Shown here piece by piece: positions 42,751 through 55,455 of a stretch of DNA of 64,000 bases. The translations under genes were made by a program, and so were the position numbers. The DNA lies in assembly GCA_951406725.2 (NCBI GenBank), contig OX597820.1, positions 90,954,001 to 91,018,000 on the forward strand, in the 5' to 3' direction. The first letter of the stretch is position 1. Each line of letters opens with the position of its first letter. The notes under the pieces are model-generated. The model saw nothing but the letters and a program-made list of their open reading frames with translations. It ran no database searches and was not told where the DNA came from. This DNA is from Octopus vulgaris (taxonomy: Eukaryota).

Positions 42751-45109
42751 AACCCATAATGTTTTTTTTTTTTTAGTTTTTGCTTTTCAACTGGGCTAAC
42801 TCTTTGAATAAATTAGTATAATTCTTAGAATGCGCGAGGAAAGGATGTCAATTAGAAAACATTCCCAACAAAATTTAATGTAACTGTGAATGTGATACTC
42901 ATACTGGAAAGGTAAAGCAAAAATATGTACTAAGAGTAGATTAAACGTTTGCATAGCTCTTACGATGTGTAACCTGTTAATATTTTAAGCTTTGTATATA
43001 TTCTTTCAGTAACCGTTATCATATTTTAATGAAAAGTTTTTTGAGAATTTTTCTATATTTTCCTCCATACCACCGTATTTATCGCTGCTAGTTGCATCGA
43101 CTCCAGTCCACAGTACCAAAATACAATCGAGGGCATACATAATATGGTGTTGTAAGTCTTTCTCAGTTTTTCTGGTCTACAAGATATACTGATATATATT
43201 ATTTCTAACAATCTTTTGATTCAAATTATAAAGGAACACGATTTACTTATGCCTATCTATTGTGACGCCTATAACTTCAGAATTCAAACTTCCTACTATA
43301 ACTAAGCATTTCACTTATATCCTTGAGTCTAATTTTTGTTGTTACTGTTGCTGTTGTTATTATTAATGCTGTTGTTGCTGCTGACGCTAATGCTTCAGCA
43401 TTTATCTGTTTGAAATGCACTAAGACAAAATCAGCAAATAGTAGGCACAAAAAATTTTTAAAATTCCCATTTCGCCTTCTATATGATTTAACTTGCCAAT
43501 GCATTCAATTATCTTTGCTCTGTAGTTAATGGCTTCGCCTTTTACATTTACAAAATTTGTCACTCTGTTTCAATCATATTTCTAAAGGAAACTAATGAAA
43601 CCTCCTTGAAAATTTTTCGTCCGTCCATTTCCTACTATTTGGGGGATATATCGTCACAAGTAACTTCTCATCATGTGTTATTTTTTTAAACTTAAGCTGA
43701 AGCAAATGATGTTTTAATTTGTCTGAAAATTGCTCCGTTGTGTGATCGATATAGTTTTTCTACATCATTCCATCTATCCATGTATGGCTTTATCTCTCAA
43801 CAAATGATATATTCCCTTCACATACACAGTTGTTAATTCAAATAGAAGAAGCAGATAGCAATCTATATTTCTAAGTTATTCAATAAAATATTGAATATAC
43901 CTTCAATTTTCTCAGAAGTGGATTCATAACGAATTATTACTCGTTGGTTCTATAATCGAAATCCACCTGATACTTTGATTGAGCATCCTTTCGTAACTGA
44001 AAATGTTTCACCTGATCGAATATAAAATTATAACAGAATCTTTTCAACTTACATCTAGCAATAAAGCTTTTCAAGATGTCTTCTATTATCGAAAAATGCA
44101 CTTTAGAAATGGGTATTTATAAGATGTTATCTTATCGATTTATTTCATTTATCCTCCCAGATTTAACAAACTAGTTGCTGTAGAATGTTTCTAAAGTGCT
44201 CAGATGTGAAGAAAATAGCTTTTTCGACTTCTACTAAACAATGATAAATCTAAAAGCTACATATGTAGAACTGTCACCAAAACTGTCCTTGAAATGTCAC
44301 AGTTTGCTTCTAACAATTGTGTAACCATTATTTCAAAGAAGAACATTGATACTAAAAGAAACACAGTTAAATTGTTAAAAGAAATGCATTAAACGACTAT
44401 ACTGAAACACGGTTTTCTTTTTTAAAAAAATCTTTTAACCATTTGATTGCGGGAAGTGTGGTAAATGATAAAACACTGAGCTGAATATTTTGCAGCATTA
44501 TTTAGATGTATCCATTTTCATCTTATTTTGAAGTTCTGCCAAATTCAAATTCGATTTGCATAAGATGTACTAAGTACCAGTAGTGTACTGTGATGTATTC
44601 AATCGATTGTAGCACTCAGCAGAAAGTTTGTGGTCATATGCTGGTATATAATTCTGTTGTAATGAGGGATATTATATCTCCATTCCTGGCTGCAGATATT
44701 TCATTTTAATTTTGACGATAGTGACTTTCAACAAGGTCTGAACATCATATTTTACCCTTTGTTTGATTACCTAAGGATTATATCTTGCGAGTCTCGTGAA
44801 AATATACTAGAATATAATGGTATATTGGGGATCAGCGATGGGCAAGTGAAAATGTTTCTAATTAGTCACAACCAGGACATGCTTTCAATTTTTGTTTGTA
44901 GACAGCTGTACATACACATTAAAAGAACATGTCAGCACTTCATATCTCCTAAAACACACGATCTAGTATTAGATTAATAATTCGTGTTTTTAGTCTTGTT
45001 CCATTGTTGATAATTTATATTTTCTGAGAGATTGACCAGATGCAGTTATAAGAAGAATCATGGATTAGTAAATAGTGATGAATTAGAATTAAGGGTGGTA
45101 CATTGGCAG

Positions 45110-45660
45110 TCAAAGTGGTGAGCGAGCGATATACTTTCCAGTATTTAGCTACAAATGTTTACGTTCTCGTTTTAAACCCCAACGAGGTTAACTTTGCCTT
45201 TCAACCCTCTGGTGTCTATAATGTAATCTACCAGTCAACTAATGGAGTTTATAGAATCAAATAATCTCTTCCGTCAAATTTCCTTTCTTGTATCTAAATT
45301 AGAAACAATATCAGTATTTCACTTAACTGCAGCTTGTCATGTGATGACAAATAATACTCATTTCAATAGTTAAATAATAATAGAAGAAAGGGGAAACTGA
45401 AAAAATGGATATGGTTTCGATTCCATCATGCCTCCAAAATAATTTTAGAGTGGTGGATTACTAGGATCATCAGAGTGCCTTGTGGTGTTTATCCTAATTC
45501 TTTACATTCTGGTTTCAAATCACAAACGCAGTTATCTTTGTCTTTTATGCTTCCGAGATCCTTAAAATAAAGTACCTTAAAATAAAAGCATCTACTTGGA
45601 TCAATTCGCTCTATTATCTCCTTCCTTCAAATTTCTGATGCTATGCCTATATTAGAAGAA
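45110..45660 (+). mobile_element. Two old, diverged A/A2-like SINE copies
   Basis: Remnants of TTACGTTC...AACTTTGCCTTTCA and AAATAAAGTACC, with tails ending TTAGAA. Confidence 0.55.
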
Positions 45661-45745
45661 TACGTTTCGTTTACTTTCAGTGTGCAAATACCATATATAA
45701 CTTGCTTACCTATTTTTTTATAGATGATTTATATTACGTAATGTT

Positions 45746-45940
45746 AAGGCGGCAGTATCTTTAACAAGCCGGACAAAATACTTAGCGGCATTTTTACGTT
45801 CTGAGTCCAAATTCTACCTAGGTCGACTTTGCCTTTCATCCTTTCGAGAGCGATTAAATTAAGTTCCATTTGAACACGGGGTTGATGTAATCGACTTATC
45901 CCTCCACCGACATTGCTGGCCTTGTGCCAAAGTTTGAAAC
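45746..45940 (+). mobile_element. SINE type A2 (type A head and core, different tail)
   Basis: Same GTCGACTTTGCCTTTCATCCTTTCG core and GATGTAATCGACTT, but ends ATTGCTGGCCTTGTGCCAAAGTTTGAAAC. Confidence 0.8.
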
Positions 45941-48728
45941 TGATCTTACATAAATTTTAATCATATTAATGCACGTCTAATGCATACCAAACTTTATTCC
46001 AATCGACTTTCCAACGTCTCAATTTCGCATAATCTAGCTACGGCCTATATCTAATAGTCTTTTGTTCGTTTGCAATCCATATATACAATATTCTTCATTA
46101 GCGTTGCTACTAGTTTCATCAGTCTAATTAGCAATTTCATTAGTTTATGTAGTGAAGCTAATGAAAGTTTATACTGATATGAGCAACAAGTCATATTAGA
46201 TGTTTAGTTTATTAGTGAAATGTAATCACAAACTTGTCTACAGCAAATTATTTTCTTTCAAATAATTTGTTAATGGAGTCATCAAGAGAAAATCTGAAAA
46301 TCAATTACACTATTTAGTAGAATAAATGTAGCGATATAGTTATCGAAACCCCTGTTCAGTTGATGTTATGCAAATTCTATCCTTCAAGTGGACATCTATC
46401 CTGAGAAATGTATTAATTTCATGGACACTGAGCAATAGTCACATGTATTACACAGTTCGAAACTGGTAAAATATTTGTTAAAATGACTATAAACATTATG
46501 CAATATCGGAACAGTCAAGGTTTTTATTTCTATTTTCTATTGGAAATCAAAATTATTTTCACTTACATTTCAAATACTACCTATTCTAGAAATTTTAGGG
46601 TTCGTGCTTACTTGACGGAGTAACAAGGAACATATATAAAACATTCACAAATATGCTATGGCATTACTTTAACTGCATTGCATGAACTCTATGAAGATGG
46701 CAATATGATTAGTTATAAGCATTTTTTGTATGGCTGTGTCATAGGATGAGAGCTAAGTCTTTGATATTTTGCACGACCTCATATACTGGCGACGGAAGGG
46801 ATCGAGGTAATATGACACAGAAGGTACTACAGTAGGAAGCAACACATCAGTTTATCAAGATTCTGCTGGTGGCGATATACTTGGTTGAATCTATAAGAAA
46901 CTAAAAAGTGGTTCAAGAAAATCCAGTGGTTCTACGTACAACATCTACTAATTGAAATTCATCCACTGCGTTTTGCTCAGCTGAAGAATATAACTTTAGA
47001 CACATTGTCTAATATGTCGTGCAATGGTACCGAATAATTATGAAATAGAATTCTTAAACATAGGACAAATCTGCATTGTCAGGTTATTAAAGCAAGTTTT
47101 ATTTCTAAATAATTAAGTTTATACTTGCAATCGGAAACAGTTGTCAATACCTCAAGCTAAATAAACTAACATTTCCTCAAACATTTCCTCAGACTTGTTT
47201 AATAGCTAACTGAAAGCAAAACTAAAAAAATACTTACACATTAGGCTCAGAGGCGACAATGTGAATCAACTATCTATTTGTAAAATTTGCAATACGTATA
47301 TTGTACATGTTCTTCCGAAATGCAGAGTTAGGCACAAGCCTAACTACTTCTCATAGAGAAGTACTAGAAGTTACTAGAACTGTCACTGAAATAATGATAT
47401 ATATAAATGCATGTGCGTGTGTGTGTAATGATATATTATATACATAAATACACAGATACATTTGCCCAAGTTTCTGGGTAGTAAAATTGAACACAGAGCC
47501 ACGTGACTGAGAGAGAAGAACACCTTAATATTGATGTTGTACATGAACAGGAAGTCGTACAGATGGAAATAGAAGTAGTATAAGTGATTGAATCCCACAT
47601 AATTTCAATGAGCCTGTTTTATCGACACGGTAATATTTCACGCTTTACTGTCATAACAGAAAAACAGACCTTGAATAATACGGTCGTAGCTACACTACGT
47701 CGGACGAGGAAACTAAATGCTTTGGGTGAAACTGTGTGTCTTTGAAATTTGACTTCTACAAATTTTGCTCAATACCTGCTTAATCAGGATCAAGCTGCGG
47801 TCGGAAAACAACATAACTTTGTGGAATTCAATACAAATTTAACAGTTAAAAAATTCAGCTACGAACTTACGGGGACCAGACTAAATAATGCAATGCCCAT
47901 AATCGGGATTTCTGTTTTAGATAATAATCCATTGGTTTCTAATTATAAAATAAGACCACATATTTTGAACCAGAAATGTAGCCGATTTAATTGTTCCTAA
48001 CACAATACCAATTCTTAGTTTACATAGAGTGTGAATTACTGTACTAAAAACCGATTTCAGTGTGATTTGATCTCAAAAGGGAGAGATAACCAAATTTTGA
48101 AGACATTTTCTTTCACAGTTATTTGACCTGCTAGAAATAGTATCCAAATAGCCCTCAAATCACACCCTACTCTCATAGGACAATGTAATACTTTATATAT
48201 TATTCCTGAAAAATGGAACATATTGGTCTTTGTTGAAACACCATGGATAGTAGAACTGCGCAATTAGAGATGTCCAGAAACTAAACTGAAATCGGCGGTT
48301 ATTCATTGTAGGAGAGGAATGTATTGTATCAATACTGATTTCTAATAATTAAACACTTCGACGAGTACAATCAGTTAAGATATTTAATCCATACCCTAGA
48401 ATCATGATTCTGTAATAACACTAACGTTCATATGCACCAAAAGAAGTCGTAAATCCCTGGTAAAAGAATGTCATTTCATGGCTTCGATGGACAGTTCAAG
48501 TCCATTACCACTTCACTGAAACGCTTTGGAGTTCTTCATATGTCCCTATATTTAAAAGAAAATTCTTTGTACCTGGTCAAAAAGAGTTATTATATTACTT
48601 TATGGCATTCATGCTCAACGTAATAAAGAGGATAACTGTCATTGGTAATATTACTGTTATTCAATGAATACTGCTGACTGGTATTTAGGCACAAACCACA
48701 TATTTTAGGTAAGGATATAACCAAATGG

Positions 48729-49329
48729 AAGGCAGCGAGGTGGCAGAAACGTTAGCACGCCGGGCGAGATGCTCAGCAGTATTTCGTCTGCCGCTACGTT
48801 CTGAGTTCAAATTCCGCCGAAGTCGACTTTGCCTTTCATCCTTTCGGGGTCGATAAATTAAGTACCAGTTACGCACTGGAACTGATGTAATCGACTTAAT
48901 CCGTTTGTCTGTCCTCGTTTGTCCCTTCTATGTTTAGCCCCTTGTGGGTAGTAAAGAAGTAGGTATTGCGTCTGCCGCTACGTTCTGAGTTCAAATTCCG
49001 CCGAGGTCGACTTTGCCTTTCATCCTTTCGGGGTCGATTAAATAAGTACCAGTTACGCACTGGGATCTATGTAATCGACTTAATTCCTTTGTCTGTCCTT
49101 CTTTGTTCACTCTATGTTTAGCCCCTTGTTGGTAGTAAAGAAATAGGTATTGCGTCTGCCGCTACGTTCTGAGTTCAAATTCCGCCGCGGTCGACTTTGC
49201 CTTTCATCCTTTCGGGGTCGATTAAATAAGTACCAGTTACGCACTGGGATCGATGTTATCGACTTAATCCCTTTGTCTGTCCTTGTTTTTCCACTCTATG
49301 TTTAGCCCCTTGTTGGTAGTAAAGAAATA
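48729..49329 (+). mobile_element. SINE type A head-to-tail trimer (one full copy plus two headless 184-bp units)
   Basis: Equivalent positions at 48778, 48962 and 49146 (period 184). Flanking ATATAACCAAAT (48715-26) / ATATAACTAAAT (49331-42). Confidence 0.9.
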
Positions 49330-50924
49330 TATATAACTAAATAGATCGACCTAAATACTCAACTGATGTGAAAGATAGCTTTGATGGGATTTGAACTAAG
49401 GAAGTAAAGATATGCAAATAAATGCCATAATGCATTTGTCTGTCGTTCTACTAATTATTCCAACTGTTACCAATTCTGCAATCCAAAGTCATTTTGTCTG
49501 TCACTCTACCAATTCTGCTAAGTCAACAACAGCATTTTTAAGTGTATATTGCTAAAAATATGTATTTCGGATTTGCAAATTGAAATTAAATTTATTATTA
49601 CGTTCTACATTCCCGTTGTATTCAATTATTAGTTTAATCTTTTCATACTTGATGAAAATATCTTTAGTTGGTTATTTTCAACTTAATCAAATAATTGAAT
49701 GCATATTTAGCCAGACCTTTTCCTTTCTCTTGTGATCTCTAGTGATTTTGTCCTGTTCGCCCTTTTATAATGAATAAACAAAGAAACAAAATTTGCGCTT
49801 GCGTGTTCTTTTTTGAAACAAAACAAAAATAGATTAATATTTGTTATTCATTAACCTCTGATATCGATCGCTCAGTGAATACAGCAGCTACCTTCATTTT
49901 TAAAATCATGTTCTTGTGGCTTTAGTTTTGATTTCTAGTCTGCAAAAAAAAAAGTTGATAATGACCTTGCATAAACTGATATATTGTCCTAACACAACCG
50001 TCTTTAAATGCCGTGCATTATTTGATTATTCATTCTTTGATTAATAATCAGTAACATTATCTGTTATATTTTAAATTCATTGTTTTCTTTTAAGAATATT
50101 GTTAAAATGGGAGAAATAAAGGAAAAAGTAATAGCGTGTCTAGCCTTTTCTACCAAGTCTAATATGTGATTTAAAGATTATGGCTGACAACTTGCTAAGT
50201 TGATAAAAGGAAGACTAAAATCAAATAAAGATTTATAATGTTTGAGGTTTAACGGATGAATGAGTTAAAGATCGAGAAATTTAATAATTTAATGAAATAA
50301 AACTTCCATTTATTAAGTAATATAGACAATTTGCAAAAGAAAAAAGAAAACGATTCTTTTTATCACAATTACATTTGTTTTCTAATAGTTTAGGAAATAT
50401 AAGATTGTATTAATGTACGACATGATCAGAAAATCTTTTGTCGTTTGTATAGTTGAAAATAACTTAGATGAAAACAACAACAACCTAAATACCACATTAA
50501 GATAGTATATTGTTTTTTTTATGTTTTCCATTGTTTATTATAATTACTTTTTCCTTATATTAATATCATTTATTTACATCGATTCATCTTTCCGAAATAA
50601 GTATTTTCTAAGTATCATTACTTCTAAGTACTGATGAGGGACAACATCTACGTAGTACTTCGATCTGAAAAAAATTGCGGCCATATAGCCCTCAAATTAC
50701 ACGCTATCGTGTTAATGTGAATGGGTCACATTGTAGAATAAAGTTCGAGATACATTATAACCTTACACAATGACAGAATGTTCAATTATTGAACGCCTTT
50801 GATCATCTCTTTGTTCAATTGAGGTGGATAGAGAGCTAAGCAACAAGCATCTAAACGTTGCTGGTATCAGTTAATATTATTTATTCAAGTCACTTTACTT
50901 CATTTTATTAACATAATATGAATA

Positions 50925-51560
50925 AAGGCGACGTATTTAGCCGCATAATTGAAGCGGCGAATGAACTATCTTACATCTTACCTTCTGGGTTCAAAACTCG
51001 CTGTGCTTTTCAAGATCGATAAAAAGGTACCGATCAAGTGCTTGGATTAATGTAATCGACTAACCCTATCCCCAATCAAAACTGATGAATTTGTGCCTAA
51101 ATTAGAAACAACCATTACGTCATGAAAATGGTAATATGTTGGTAGGATAGTTAGAGTACCAAACAAAATGGTATGCCGTGTCTCTTCTGTCTCTTAACCA
51201 CTGAGTTTCAAATCTCGTCAGTTATGTTCATCTCTCAGTTTTTGTGACTGATAAAATTATAGTACCATTCAAGTACCGAGGACAGATAAAATCACTTAAT
51301 CCTTACCCTGATATTATTGAGTCATGGCGGAATTAGAAATTATTATTATAGGGAACGGGATAATGAACTGACAGATTAGTTAGAACATTGGACGAAAAGC
51401 CTTGCAGTATTTAGTTAGGTCACTCTTTTTCTGAGTTCGAATCCCAGTGGGCCCAATCTTGACATTTATCCTTCTGTTATCAGTAAGATATGGTCCACAT
51501 CAAGTAATAAGGTCGATAGTATCGACTAACAGTTCCTGTAATTTCAAATCACCAGAAACA
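50925..51560 (+). mobile_element. Three old head-to-tail A/A2-like SINE relics
   Basis: Recurrent B-box-like G(G/A)GTT(T)CAAA/GAGTTCGAATCCC, GATAAAA...GTACC and ATCGACTAAC motifs, each unit ending in AGAAA at ~51105, ~51340 and ~51560. Confidence 0.55.
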
Positions 51561-53177
51561 ATTGTAATAAAAACAACTTTTATGACATGAAAATTCATGG
51601 TTATTTGTAAGTCCCAGTCCCCGCGTATAGGATACAGATTCGATTCCTGAAGTGGCTACTTCCCTTACCCCGGTTATGTTCAAGTGAAGGCAGCAGACAA
51701 TAATCACAAAAGGTCAAACCTTTCACTTTATCACATTAAGACATGCAGTTAATTTTTGCTTGAGTCTTTGAGATTTCCCATGATTCTTTGTTGTCAGTGT
51801 GCGCATGCCCCATTGTGTTGCGCACTGAAGAAGATAACCGGCTGTGTTTAGCCTGCCAAAAGAAGCTGCTGCACTTGGACCCGCTGAGGGTCGTTGTCTG
51901 TGCTTATATATTTTACAAACAGGGAATCCTCCCTGAATTCAGGATGTTGGTCTACTTGTGGTTCAGAAATATGGTCCATAGTAAATGAAGATTTTTTTCT
52001 AATTGTCTGGTGGGTGTATCCTTCAAATACTTTGTTTTTACAACAACAACATTTACCATTATTGGAAAACTGTATTTCAAGTGTTCACATGCAGTGAAAA
52101 TTTTTTTCTCATTGTGAGAAATATAGTTTGGTGACTATCCTGCCACTGAAAGTCGTTCGCCGTTTTTAAATAGTGTGTATTTTACGACTACATTGGAAAG
52201 CTGTATTCAACTGGAGTAGTCCAGGATCGAATTGGAATGCCATAAGGGCTTGGAGTACATGAATGGCCAAAAAATTGTTTTGGCTGTGTTTTCTTTTTTT
52301 GAACTGTTGTTTTCTTCTCCTATTGTGACTTTTTATTGAACTGTTTGTTTTTTATTTCTTTCTTCTTTCCTTTTGTTTTCTTTTGAATTCTCTCTTTCCT
52401 TTTTTGCCCGCCGAAGGACCCTAAGTCTTCGGGAGGTTGGGGAGAGACTCCGGACAAAGTGAAAGAGCTCTACTCTCCCGAAGTCAGGAAGAAAAGAAAA
52501 AAAGAAGGAACGAGTTATCGCAAGGGGAAGATGATGTGCCGTCTGCATGTCCCGAATTTGTGTCACCCACGGTGGAAGAAACGACTATCACCCTTAAAGA
52601 TGACGAATTATCTTTTTTCTACAAGGGCGGGGAGGTGGAAAAAATAGTAGAAGAACATAAAGAGACAGTAGATATGGCCTCCGCAGATAGCTGTGGAGGT
52701 CATAAGGTTTCCCTTGTGGGAAAGGCTTAAAGGATTTGGGGAAGAGTTTCGTATATGGCCGAGTGGACATTACACGACCCAGATATCCTTCATGAGTGAG
52801 GCATGGGAAATGGTGGGATATAGGAACTCAAGCGGCATTAAAGATAATGATGGATATAACGATGAGTAGGAGGTGAAAAAGCCTCGTTAGAGGGTTTGAA
52901 ACCTCATCTTATTGTAATTTTTGTAGTGGTTTATAACCTCAATTGTTTTTTTAAAAAAACATGTTAAGTAAGAGGTTTTAGTGGCTCCTTCTTGTAAGAG
53001 GTTTGAAACCTCATATTGATGTTTAAAAAAAAAGAAAATGTTTTCGAGAAAGATCCAATCGGCGGTTGTTGGGTTTCATCTCTCATGTATTCATTTTATT
53101 TAATTGTCATTCATTAATGTGTTTGTACAGCCAGCGGCTGCTGTTTATACTGCCTTTATGGCAAGTAAAATTAAATA

Positions 53178-53317
53178 AAGTAGCTTGCCTACCAACCACA
53201 TGGTTCCGGGTCCAGTCCCACTGCATGGCATCTTGGCTAACTGTCTCTACTATAGCCTCGAGCCGACCAAAGTATTGTGAGTGGATTCGGTAGACTGAAA
53301 CTGAAACAAGCCCATCG

Positions 53318-53356
<39 letters not shown>

Positions 53357-53575
53357 TTGTGCATATGTTTGTGTGTCTGTGTTTGTCCTCCCCCCAACAT
53401 CACTTGACAACCGACGCTGGTGTGTTTACGTCCCCCGTAACTTAGCGGTTCGGCGAAATAGACTGATACAAGTACTAGGCGTACAAAGAATAAGTCCTGG
53501 GGGTCGATTTTCTCGACTAAATGCGGTGCTCCAGCATAGCCTCAGTCAAATGACTGAAACAAGTGAAAGAGTAAA
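53178..53575 (+). mobile_element. SINE type B lacking its first ~20 nt
   Basis: AAGTAGCTTGCCTACCAACCACATGGTTCCGGG...GGGGTCGATTTTCTCGACTAA...GACTGAAACAAGT. Confidence 0.9.
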
Positions 53576-53612
53576 TATTTTAAGATACTAGAATTTGGTA
53601 TAAAATAGATTA

Positions 53613-53835
53613 TTGTTGTTGTTTAGCCTCAGATTAGTCCTTATCAACCGTGCAATTTGATGTTCGGGTATTAGATATACATAATTTTTATTTTCTGCTA
53701 TACTATATCTAAAACTAAAAGGTCCAGCATATTTTTTACTGTTTATTAATTTATGATGACAAGGTATAGGTTGAGAAATATTTGGCTATCATTTCTAGCA
53801 TACCGAGCGTCCGTCGAGGATGTCTCACTCGGTTT
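53613..53835 (-). repeat. Old dispersed repeat type D, minus-strand copy
   Basis: TTGTTGTTTAGCC at one end and ATTTGGCTATCATTTCTAGCA near the other; reverse complement resembles the 55265 and 48125 copies. Confidence 0.5.
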
Positions 53836-54284
53836 GCATGTTATACTTTAATATGAAATAGCAAAAGGAAGCTTAACATTTTGTATGATTTCTAAGTTAA
53901 AGTGACATTATTCATAGATACAATGCAGGAAAATCTAAATACAAATAGATGTAAATGTGATGATATTTCTCATATTTTTCTTAACATACGAATAGTTTAG
54001 AAATATATTTTTTCCTTAATTTATTCCATGTCAAAAGTGTGCCCTGTATTCATCTCAGCATTAATTCTAAATATACAATAACACAGAGCATTGTGGAGCA
54101 TATTTTTATATTGCATTCTATGAAAGATACTTGATAGAATAGAATAAAATATTTTTAATACCATATTTTTCTGATCATTTTTCAAATATTAATGACACTT
54201 AAAGCATGGCTTGGTCATGATTCATAGAATCATAGAACTATAATCAATGTCATTTTCTTGTTTGTGTTTTTATCAAATTATTTG

Positions 54285-54320
<36 letters not shown>

Positions 54321-55264
54321 TTTCGGTCTTAAGCGTTTTCATACAAGTTACACCATATGGCAGTGCACACATTTTTATAAAAGGAATATGTTTCCTTCTA
54401 ATATCGTTTGTTTCATATAGGAAACTCCATGCTTCATGACTGCAATATAGATATACTTTCTCAAGCAAATTCGACATCAATCATCAGAACTAAATAGTTA
54501 TTGACAAGTCAGCAGAGACAATTTGCAGGTTTCGTCTTAAGATATTTGTCATTATCTCTGTTTTCCTCACGATGGATCATTCTCAAGAGATTTATATTAC
54601 CAGAATCAACAAGAATATTGTTCAGATGCAAGAATATAGGCATAACGTAATGTATCAGATCCTTTATCATCAGGCCTTAAGTTAAGACCATCAGCGGCCA
54701 ATACCACACACAAATTATATAACTCTTGGTCATCTTGTTAGTAAACTTTCTGATTGGAATGTTGTTGTCAAAAGGAATTGAACATTAACTCAGGAGAATG
54801 TCTCACTTATGCCGTATAGAAGTTCATCTTTTTGGAGCAAAATATATTTACTTCTCAAACTATGATGTAACTATTATGACATCATGCAGTTATCTGACCT
54901 GCAGAAAAAAGTTACCAAATTCTCTCCAGATTACATAAAACCCCCTTAAAAAATAAAACAAAAAATACTTGATGTTTAATTTATTACTGGAATGTCTTTT
55001 ACCGAGGTTCTATTTCATTTAATCTGATTCTGCGCTAAGTAAAAATATGTAACGAACCAACTAATTGGCTTCTCCATGCGATTTGATCTTCAGAAATATC
55101 AGTTAAATATTCCCAAAAGAGAGAGTTCCTACGTTTTAAAAACATAAAGGTTTTTATCTCAAAACGGCTGGTATTTAAATGGTTGGTAGCATTTGATCAT
55201 AAATAACCAAGACTTAAATAACAATATTTACGAAAATAAGATCACTGTTATGTATCTCAGAAAC

Positions 55265-55455
55265 CAACGCGAATAGCTTGACCTATTAGAAATAGCTACG
55301 TAAATATCTCCGAAATAACACTACTGTTTTAAGGAAAGCTACATTAGGCAATGTGTAGTCATATGTATACCTAAAAGGACGTAATGGTCAAAGATAGAAT
55401 AACTTTTGATCGTGAGTTTACTTGAACAGATTTGACCTCCGGCTAAAGAACAACT
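55265..55455 (+). repeat. Old dispersed repeat type D (SINE-like); related pieces at ~48125, ~50670, and on the minus strand at ~53613-53835, ~41170, ~14370
   Basis: Shared degenerate motif GACCT.YTAGAAATAG...AAAT..CYC.AAAT.ACAC and ends like GCTAAA.AACAAC. Confidence 0.55.

Noticed and set aside
48729-49329. CRISPR-like array
   Set aside because: Whole 184-bp units repeat with no unique spacers; SINE-derived, eukaryotic context, no cas genes.
50631-50670. CTGATGAG hammerhead candidate (also 40892, 24724, 51082)
   Set aside because: No correctly spaced stem II plus GAAA.
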